Source of the DNA: an uncultured delta proteobacterium
GTDB taxonomy: Bacteria > Myxococcota_A > Polyangia > Haliangiales > Haliangiaceae
Direction: 5' to 3'
NCBI GenBank assembly: GCA_963848295.1
Contig: CAWKDB010000010.1
Span: forward strand, 4,128,001-4,192,000
DNA: 64,000 nucleotides
Below the pieces are notes generated by a model. That model saw only the letters and a list, made by a program, of their open reading frames with translations, made no database searches and was not told the DNA's origin. Positions 56,889 to 64,000 of the stretch are shown piece by piece. The stretch's first letter is position 1; every line of letters begins with the position of its first letter. The position numbers and the translations under genes are program-made.

Positions 56889-57622
56889 CCGACGTCGTGC
56901 TCGAGTGCGACGGCGTGACCTGCGGCTACGACGAGCCCGTGCTCGAGCGGGTCGAGCTCGCCGTCGAGCGAGGAGAGGTGGTCGTGATCCTCGGACGCTC
57001 GGGCAGCGGCAAGTCGACGCTGCTCCGCACGATGGTCGGACTGTTGCCGCCGCTCGCCGGAGAGGTCCGGCTATTCGGGCGATCGCTGTACGCCGAGACC
57101 GACGACGCGCGCCGCCAGCTGCTGCGGCGGGTCGGGGTCGTGTTCCAGCAGGACGCGCTGTTCGGCTCGCTCCCGGTCGAGGCCAACGTCGCGTTGCCGC
57201 TGCACGAGCTGACCTCGCTGCGCGGGCCCGTGATCGAGGAGATGACGCGGCTGCAGCTCGCGCTGGTCGGGCTAAGCGGGCTCGAGCGCCGAGCGCCGGC
57301 CGAGCTGTCTGGAGGCCAGCGCAAGCGCGTCGCGATCGCGCGCGCGTCGGTCCTCAGCCCCGAGCTGCTGTGCTGCGACGAGCCGACCGCGGGGCTCGAT
57401 CCGATCGCTGCGGCCGGGATCGACGAGCTGTTGATCCGCTATCGCCGCGTGCTCGGGACCACGGTGGTCGCGGTCAGCCACGAGCTCGCGAGCATCCGCG
57501 CGACCGCGACGCGCGCGGTCATGCTCGACCGCGGCGCGATCCGTGCGATCGGCACGTTCGACGAGCTCGCTCACAGCCACGACCAGCAGGTGTTCGAGTT
57601 CTTTCACGCGAGGCCGGAGTGA
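56885..57622 (+). CDS. mlaF: MlaF-family ABC ATPase
   Basis: GRSGSGKS, LSGGQRKRVAIARA, DEPTAGLDP. Confidence 0.9.
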   Translation: MTDVVLECDGVTCGYDEPVLERVELAVERGEVVVILGRSGSGKSTLLRTMVGLLPPLAGEVRLFGRSLYAETDDARRQLLRRVGVVFQQDALFGSLPVEANVALPLHELTSLRGPVIEEMTRLQLALVGLSGLERRAPAELSGGQRKRVAIARASVLSPELLCCDEPTAGLDPIAAAGIDELLIRYRRVLGTTVVAVSHELASIRATATRAVMLDRGAIRAIGTFDELAHSHDQQVFEFFHARPE

Positions 57623-58494
57623 CCGAGCCCAGGCGCCAGGCGCGGGTCGCGCTGTTCGCGCTGCTCGGGGTCGGGCTCGCGGTGCTGGTGCTGGTCGGGT
57701 TCGGCGCGCGCGCGTGGCTGCGCCGGACTCACTACGCGATCGCGTTCCCAGATACGGTCTACGGGCTCGAGCGCGGCGGCGACGTGTACTACGAGGGCGT
57801 GCACGTCGGCACGGTGACAGCGATGGAGCTCGCGCCGACCGACGTCGGCGGTGTGGAGGTCAGCATCGAGGTCGATCGCGACACCCCGATCCTCGCGACG
57901 ACCCGCGCCTACTTGCTGTACGCCGGCGTCACAGGCGTCAAGGAGATCGATCTGCGCACCGGCCCGGGGCCGTCACCGCGGCTGGCGGCCGGCGCGACGA
58001 TCCCGGTCGGCGAGAGCGAGCTCGACCGCCTCGAGCGCTCGGCCGATCACGTCGTGGCGCGGTCCGGAGATGTGCTGGATCGGCTCGACCAGACGGCGTC
58101 CAACCTCGCCGAGCTGACCGGCCGGCCCGAGCTCGGGGAGATCCTCGAGCGCGGGCGCGCGGCGGTCGACGATCTCGCGGGCGCGAGTCGCGGCCTTCGC
58201 GCGCTAGTCAGCGAGAGCCGGGCGCCATTGCATCGCACCCTCGCTGCGGTCGATCGCGCGGCGGGAGAGGCCGCGGACTTGTTAGGTGACAAGGCGAGCG
58301 CGGTGGTCGCGCGCGCCAACGATCTGACGATCAGGCTCGATCAGATGGTGCGCGAGAGCGCCGGTCCGTTCCACGCCGCGGTAACCGAGCTGCACGAGGC
58401 CTCGCGCTCGCTCGCCGCGTTGCTGCGCGAGTTGCGCGAGTCGCCGTCGCTGCTCCTGTTATCGCGGCCCCCCGCCGCGCGGAGGGAGCGGTGA
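57619..58494 (+). CDS. mlaD: MlaD/MCE-domain protein
   Basis: TM helix, VYGLERGGDVYYEGVHVGTV, long helical C-terminus ending PSLLL. Confidence 0.88.
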   Translation: MTEPRRQARVALFALLGVGLAVLVLVGFGARAWLRRTHYAIAFPDTVYGLERGGDVYYEGVHVGTVTAMELAPTDVGGVEVSIEVDRDTPILATTRAYLLYAGVTGVKEIDLRTGPGPSPRLAAGATIPVGESELDRLERSADHVVARSGDVLDRLDQTASNLAELTGRPELGEILERGRAAVDDLAGASRGLRALVSESRAPLHRTLAAVDRAAGEAADLLGDKASAVVARANDLTIRLDQMVRESAGPFHAAVTELHEASRSLAALLRELRESPSLLLLSRPPAARRER

Positions 58495-59117
58495 GGCGCG
58501 CCGCGCTCGGGTTCGCGTTCGCCGCCGCGGCCGGTTGTCGCGCGACCGTGCCGCCCACCGATTACTACTCGCTCGCGCCGCCGCCCGCTGCCGCGGCCGC
58601 GCGCGGCACCAACGCGGTCGTCGCGATCGACGCGCTCGACGCGGATCCACCGTACGACGATCCGCGGATCGCCTATCGGATCGGGCCGGTCCAGCTCGAC
58701 TACTACAACTATCAGCGGTGGGCGGCGCCACCGGGCGCGCTGATCGCCGACTACCTGGCCGACGCGTTCGCCGCGAGCGGCCGGTTCGGCGCGGTCGTGC
58801 GCGACGGGGGCAGCTCCGCCGCACTGACGCTCGGCGGGCGCGTGCTCGCCCTCGAGGAGGTCGACGTGACGCCGACGCGCTGGGTCGGACGGCTCGCGGT
58901 CGAGCTCGATGCGACGGACCCGGAGTCGGGACAGCTCCGGTGGAGCGAGCGGTTCGACGACACCGAACCCGTAGCGATCCGATCACCCGCCGGGCTCGCG
59001 CGCGCGATCACGATCGCGGCGCAGCGGATCGCGGCGCGTGCGATCGATCGCGTCGCACACCTGATCGCGGCAGCGCCGCACGCGAGCGCACCTGCCGCGA
59101 TCGTACCGCCTCGTTGA
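58491..59117 (+). CDS. PqiC-like ABC auxiliary lipoprotein
   Basis: Lipobox AAGC; YYSL; RIAYR...YYNYQRWAAPP. Confidence 0.85.
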   Translation: MRRAALGFAFAAAAGCRATVPPTDYYSLAPPPAAAAARGTNAVVAIDALDADPPYDDPRIAYRIGPVQLDYYNYQRWAAPPGALIADYLADAFAASGRFGAVVRDGGSSAALTLGGRVLALEEVDVTPTRWVGRLAVELDATDPESGQLRWSERFDDTEPVAIRSPAGLARAITIAAQRIAARAIDRVAHLIAAAPHASAPAAIVPPR

Positions 59118-59208
59118 GGTACGCGCGTTGCACCGAGCCCTACAAGCATGTGCACACGGTCTTCGCGGTCACGGCCGCGCTGCGGCGTTCGCGGCGGCAC
59201 CTCCCTGA

Positions 59209-60582
59209 GTGCGCGAGAGAGCGCTGGTCGGTGATGTGACAAGCGCGCTCGCCGTGCTCGTGATCGTCGCCGGTTCGGCCGCGGCCGATTCGGCGGTCGC
59301 GCCATTGCCCGGCCACGAGAGCGGACGCACCGACCGCGGCGATCACGGAGCGTCGCTCGGGCGAGAGCTCGCACGCGGCGCTCTGTTCTTGCCGAAGGTG
59401 TTGGTCGAGATCGTGCTCGCGCCGGTTCGGGCCGCGGTCTGGGCCGACGAGCGGTTCGCGCTGACCGACCGCTACTACCACCTGCTCTACAGCGCCGATC
59501 GCAAGATCGGGCTCGTCCCGACCGCGACGTACCAGACCGGGTTCGGGATCACCTTCGGCGCGCGGTTCTTCGATCGCGAGCTCGGCAGCGCGGGCGAGCA
59601 TGTGCTGGTCCAGGCGACGTACGGCGGGCACTACCTCGACAGCGCCTCGGTGTGGCTCGGCACCGGGCATCGGCTCGGTCGGCTCGAGCTCGGCGTCGGC
59701 GGTAACGTCGATCGCCGGCCGGACGATCCGTTCTACGGCATCGGCAACGGCGACCTCGTCTCCGCCGTCGCCGCGCCGGTCGACCCGCGCAGCTCCGACG
59801 TCGCGGCGCAGACCGCGCTGCGCTACGCGGAGAACCGAGCGGCCGCGTCGGCGGATCTCCGCATCGGCGGCGGCCTGCACGTGATCGGGCGCGGAGAGCT
59901 CACCGAGCTGAGCGTGTCGGGCAGCAGCTACGGCACGCCGATCGGCGCGGTCTACGACGTCGATGATGTCGTCGGGTTCGGCCACCCGGTGCGCCACTTC
60001 TACGGGGAGCTCGAGCTGCGCTGGGATACGCGCCGGCGCGCGTCGCCGTGGGAGGCGTCGTCTACCCACTCGACCGGCGGGCTCGCGAGCGTGTTCGCAG
60101 GCCCCGTGGCCGGGCTCGACGGCGCGGCGTCGTTCTGGCACTACGGCGGCGAGCTTCAGCGCTACGTTCACCTCGGCAGCGGACCGCGCGTGCTCGCGCT
60201 GCGGATGCGCGCGGAGGGTGTCACCGGCGGCCTCGACCAAGTCCCGGTAAGCGAGCTGCCCGCCCTCGGCGGCGACCTGCTGCGCGGCTACCCCTACGGG
60301 CGGTTTCGCGATCGGCTCGCGGTGTTCGGCAGCGTGCAGTACGAGTGGAACGTCTCGCACTACCTCGAGGCCTTCGCGTTCGTCGACGCGGGCCGGGTGT
60401 ACCGCTCGCCGGACGCGATCACGCTCGACGGCCTGCGCGTCGGCTACGGCGTCGGCGTCGCGGTCAACGACGACGCCGGCGGGTTCCTCGCGGAGGGCAG
60501 CATCGCGTCCTCGATCGACGGCGGTCTGATCCTGACGGCGGCGTTCAGCCCGGTGTTCGACGAGCGCCCGAGGTGGCGATGA
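59209..60582 (+). CDS. Omp85/BamA-TamA-like outer-membrane barrel without POTRA domains
   Basis: LGGDLLRGYPYGRFRD, FVDAGRV, GYGVGV; start may be 59236. Confidence 0.8.
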   Translation: MRERALVGDVTSALAVLVIVAGSAAADSAVAPLPGHESGRTDRGDHGASLGRELARGALFLPKVLVEIVLAPVRAAVWADERFALTDRYYHLLYSADRKIGLVPTATYQTGFGITFGARFFDRELGSAGEHVLVQATYGGHYLDSASVWLGTGHRLGRLELGVGGNVDRRPDDPFYGIGNGDLVSAVAAPVDPRSSDVAAQTALRYAENRAAASADLRIGGGLHVIGRGELTELSVSGSSYGTPIGAVYDVDDVVGFGHPVRHFYGELELRWDTRRRASPWEASSTHSTGGLASVFAGPVAGLDGAASFWHYGGELQRYVHLGSGPRVLALRMRAEGVTGGLDQVPVSELPALGGDLLRGYPYGRFRDRLAVFGSVQYEWNVSHYLEAFAFVDAGRVYRSPDAITLDGLRVGYGVGVAVNDDAGGFLAEGSIASSIDGGLILTAAFSPVFDERPRWR

Positions 60583-62261
60583 GCGCCCGCCGGTGGTTCG
60601 CGGCGACTGCGGCGGCGATCGCGGCGAGCTGCACCGCTCCGTCGCCGTTTCCGTCGGCGAGGTTCGCCAATGCGCCGATCGCGTGGGCCGTCGACGACCA
60701 CCGCGATGTCGCGGTGCGGCCGCCGGTGTGGCCCGATCTCCAGGACCTCGACAGCTTCGACGCCATGATCGAGCGCCCGATCACCCGCGCGCTCGAGCTG
60801 CCGCGCGCCCGCCGGGCGCTGGGGGTCAACGCCGTCGACGAAGTTCCGGACTCGACCTGGTTCACGAACCGCATCGGCGTGCACGACCTGAGTCCGCAAG
60901 AGATCACGCGGGGCCCGCTCGTCGGACCGGGCCCCGAAGCGTTTCGGCCGTGGCGGGTCACCGGCACGAAGCCCGGCGGCGTGGCGACTGGCCTGATCGT
61001 CACCGACACGCGGGGCGTCAAGTACGAGCTCAAGTTCGACGATCCGGGATTGCCCGAGCTCGAGAGCGCGACCCACACGATCGTCAACCGATTGTTGTGG
61101 GCATGCGGCTACGCCGTCCCGCAGGACGAGGTCGTGTTGTTCACGGGCGACGATCTCGTGGTCGCGCCGGGCGCGAAGATCCGGACCCGCGCCGGGCTCG
61201 TCACCGGGCCGCTGACCAGCGCGGCGCTCGCGGCGGGACTCGCGGCGGTTCCGCACGCGCTCGACGGCCGAGTCCGCGCGCTCGCGTCTCGCTGGGTCCC
61301 GGGCGAGCCGATCGGCGGACCGACCCACGAGGGCGTACGTCGCGAGGATCCGAACGATCGGATCCCGCACGAGCTGCGCCGTGATCAACGCGGCGAGTAT
61401 CCGATCTTCGCGTGGCTCGACCGCGTCGACGTGTCGCGCGGCAACTCCATCGACACCTGGGTCGCCAATCCCGGTGACCCGCGTCGCCATTACATCGAGC
61501 ACTACCAGATCGACTTCGGCCGCGCGCTCGGCGTGATGGGATTGGTGCGCGCCAGCCTGCGGTTCGGCTACACGTACGAGATCGACTACGGCGATATCGC
61601 GCGCTCGATCGCGACGCTCGGGTTCGGTGATCACGTTTGGGAGCACGACCGCGCGCCGGATCGGCGAGGCGTGTCGCCGCTGTTCGTCGCGAGTAGCTTC
61701 GATCCAGGCGCGTGGCAGCCCGACCTCCCGTACGCCGCGTTCCTCACCGCCGATCGGTTCGACAAGTTCTGGGGCGCGGCGCTGATGGCGCGGTTCTCAC
61801 CCGAGCAGATCCGCGCGGCGGTCGAGGCTGGACAGCTGTCGGATCCGCGCGCGGCCGCGTACCTCACCGCCACGCTCGTCGCGAGGCAACGGGCGACGCT
61901 CGCCTACTGGTTCGCGCGGGTGGCGCCGATCGTTCGGGTCACCGCGGACGCGAACGGCGCCGGTGCGATGGTGTGCTTCGACGATCTCGCGATCACCGCG
62001 GGCCTGGCTACGCCCGCTGCGACGCACTACACGATCACCGGCCACACGCCGGACGCGCGACCGTCAGGCACGTCGTTCCAGGTCGCGGCGTCGCCGAACG
62101 GCCGGACTTGCGCCGCGCTGTCCCTCGCGCCAACTCGCGATGGCTACACGATCTTCGAGCTGGTGACGCAGCGCGCCGGTGTCCACGGCGAGACCTTCCT
62201 CTACGTGGCCCGCGATCCCGCGACCGGCGCGCCGCGCGTGGTCGGTCTGTGGCGAACCTGA
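60579..62261 (+). CDS. Lipoprotein with atypical kinase-like (HipA/PI4K/CotH-type) motifs
   Basis: Lipobox AASC; KPGG, YELKFD, PELE, DVSRGN, IDFG; ATGA overlap with the Omp85 gene. Confidence 0.7.
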   Translation: MSARRWFAATAAAIAASCTAPSPFPSARFANAPIAWAVDDHRDVAVRPPVWPDLQDLDSFDAMIERPITRALELPRARRALGVNAVDEVPDSTWFTNRIGVHDLSPQEITRGPLVGPGPEAFRPWRVTGTKPGGVATGLIVTDTRGVKYELKFDDPGLPELESATHTIVNRLLWACGYAVPQDEVVLFTGDDLVVAPGAKIRTRAGLVTGPLTSAALAAGLAAVPHALDGRVRALASRWVPGEPIGGPTHEGVRREDPNDRIPHELRRDQRGEYPIFAWLDRVDVSRGNSIDTWVANPGDPRRHYIEHYQIDFGRALGVMGLVRASLRFGYTYEIDYGDIARSIATLGFGDHVWEHDRAPDRRGVSPLFVASSFDPGAWQPDLPYAAFLTADRFDKFWGAALMARFSPEQIRAAVEAGQLSDPRAAAYLTATLVARQRATLAYWFARVAPIVRVTADANGAGAMVCFDDLAITAGLATPAATHYTITGHTPDARPSGTSFQVAASPNGRTCAALSLAPTRDGYTIFELVTQRAGVHGETFLYVARDPATGAPRVVGLWRT

Positions 62262-62328
62262 GCCTGAGAAAATCACCGACGAAAAAACGGCTTGCCGACT
62301 CGCGCCGCGTCGACCAGCTTGCATCCCA

Positions 62329-63297
62329 ATGCAGTACAACTCGTCTCGCGCGATCGCGCTCTCGCTACTCGGCGCCGTCGCGGGATGCGTGAACAAGTCC
62401 GGCAATACCGACGTCACGTGCGCTCCGCTCTCCGCCGCCGCCGCGCAACGACCCGCGGGGTGGGGCGGCACGGTGTTCACGATCGTGATGGAGAACAAGA
62501 ACCGGACGGACATCGTCGGAAAATCGTCCGCGCCGTACATCAACAGCCTGATCGCCGGCAACTCGCTCGCCGCCGGTTATCACGATGCGTATGTTCACCC
62601 GAGCGAGCCGAACTATCTCTGGATGGTCGCCGGCCAGAACTTCGGCGTGCTCGATGACGACGATCCAGCCTCGCACCCGATCGACTCGACGTCGCACATC
62701 GCCGACCAGATCGAGCTCGCGGGGCTGACGTGGAAGACCTATCAAGAGGGCATGGGCGCGCCGTGCGGGCTGACCTCGCACGACCGCTACGCGGCCAAGC
62801 ACGATCCGTTCGTGTTCTTCGATGACATCAACGGCTGGGACGGCACCACGTTCCAGACCTCGCAACGCTGCATCGATCACGTCGTCGACTACTCGCAGTT
62901 CGATGTCGACCTCGCGGCCGGGGCGCTACCCGACTACGTGTTCATCACGCCAAACCTCGATCACGACATGCACGACGGCACGATCGCCCAGGGCGACGCG
63001 TGGCTCGCGAACGAGGTGCCGAAGATCCTCGGCAGCGCCGCATTCCAGAACGGCGGCGTCCTGTTCTTGCTGTGGGACGAGGGTAGCGGCACGCTCGGCC
63101 CGGGCGATGACCCGCCGTTCATCGCGATCTCGCCCAACGCCAAGCCGGGGTTTTCGTCGACCACCGACTACGACACCAGCTCTTACTTGCTGACCGTGCA
63201 GAAGATCCTCGGCATCGCTCCGCTCCCGTGCTCGGCGGATCCGGCGTCGGTGCCGAGCATGGACGATCTGTTCACGATGCCGCTACCCGCGAGTTGA
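62329..63297 (+). CDS. Phosphoesterase-family (acid phosphatase/PLC-like) lipoprotein
   Basis: VFTIVMENK, HPSEPNY, YAAKHDPF, PNLDHDMHDG, LWDEG. Confidence 0.88.
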   Translation: MQYNSSRAIALSLLGAVAGCVNKSGNTDVTCAPLSAAAAQRPAGWGGTVFTIVMENKNRTDIVGKSSAPYINSLIAGNSLAAGYHDAYVHPSEPNYLWMVAGQNFGVLDDDDPASHPIDSTSHIADQIELAGLTWKTYQEGMGAPCGLTSHDRYAAKHDPFVFFDDINGWDGTTFQTSQRCIDHVVDYSQFDVDLAAGALPDYVFITPNLDHDMHDGTIAQGDAWLANEVPKILGSAAFQNGGVLFLLWDEGSGTLGPGDDPPFIAISPNAKPGFSSTTDYDTSSYLLTVQKILGIAPLPCSADPASVPSMDDLFTMPLPAS

Positions 63298-63325
63298 GCC
63301 CGCGGATCGCGACGAGCCATCGGTG

Positions 63326-63757
63326 TCACGTCGCGCGCTGCGAGCGGCCACGCTGCCGCCTACGCGACCGCGGAGCGGGGCGGCTTGCGATTCTCGTCGG
63401 TGGCGGCACGGTGCGAAACGCGTCGAGGATCGCGGCGCGCACGTCCTTGGCACGCGCCTGCCGCAGCGCGATCAGGACTGCGGGGTACCCCTGAAAGTGG
63501 GCGATCGTGAAGAAGCCGGGCGGCGCGATCGCGAGCAGGGCGTCCTTGGCGTCGAGGCTCTCGACCCGCACCGCGAGGATCTCGCCCGCCGGTGGCGTGG
63601 CGTCGCCGAATCGCTTGAGATCGGCCTTGCTCAACGGCCGGTGCCAGGCAAAGCCCTTGCCTTCCACCATCCACGTGCGATTCCGCCACTTCACGCCGAC
63701 GGTCACGCCGGGCAAGCTCGTCGCGTACGCATCGACATCGTCGTAGGTCAGAGCCAT
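63326..63757 (-). CDS. MmcQ/YjbR-family protein
   Basis: ATSLPGV...W.V.GK.F...FFTIAHFQGYPAVLI. Confidence 0.8.
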   Translation of the reverse strand: MALTYDDVDAYATSLPGVTVGVKWRNRTWMVEGKGFAWHRPLSKADLKRFGDATPPAGEILAVRVESLDAKDALLAIAPPGFFTIAHFQGYPAVLIALRQARAKDVRAAILDAFRTVPPPTRIASRPAPRSRRRQRGRSQRAT

Positions 63758-64000
63758 GGATCGCACCCGAGCATAGACGAAACTCGCGGAGGCGTTAGCT
63801 AGGCGAGCTAGCGCTGGTTCGAACAGACTGTCTCGCGTTCGAGGGGAGCATCGAGCTTGATGCGTGCACCGAGCTCGTACCTGGTTTTCTTTGTCCTCGC
63901 GAAGCGCATACTCGCGCCCATGGAAGAGGCAAAGGCGAGCGCGCCGCTCCTTCGCCCGGTCTCCAGCGTCGCGGCGTTCAAGCGCAGCTCGACCGGCGTC

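Noticed and set aside
63808..64000. 3' end of a minus-strand CDS at the window edge
   Set aside because: An open frame exists (TPVELRLNAA...CSNQR*) but is too short and motif-free to support a call.

Overview
High-GC bacterial DNA whose gene content suggests Myxococcota (Kofleriaceae/Haliangium-like: Cys-rich lipoproteins, an ECF cluster, a kinase-STAND-WD40 gene, many sigma54 promoters); the taxonomy is inference. I saw no rRNA, tRNA or CRISPR. The main find, at 16.7-29.3 kb on the minus strand, is a polymorphic toxin locus. A ~2,030-aa protein carries two DUF4157 (eCIS-core) domains, a hydrophobic region, a JAB/MPN-like domain and a C-terminal tip I could not assign. It is followed by three cassettes of [toxin tip]-[492-495-aa partner], each coupled by a 4-nt RTGA overlap. 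Each partner has a variable N-terminal head fused to a conserved, catalytically dead protein-kinase fold, i.e. a candidate immunity-pseudokinase fusion. The main toxin's own tip is split by a 497-bp internal IS4 transposase fragment. An Afp15/Pvc15-like AAA ATPase lies nearby (12.3-14.2 kb). The second candidate system is an unannotated 43-aa double-glycine peptide (30681-30812) with its own sigma54 promoter, divergent from a kinase-nSTAND1-WD40 gene, next to a JmjC oxygenase and a CmlA-like metallo-beta-lactamase-fold enzyme (possible RiPP or signalling system). The window also has an intact IS1380 with a CTAG target duplication, an RND efflux pair, an ExbB/ExbD-like cluster, a pepsin-like protease, an L,D-transpeptidase with an Lpp-like lipoprotein, and an Mla/Pqi ABC operon followed by an Omp85 barrel and a kinase-fold lipoprotein.
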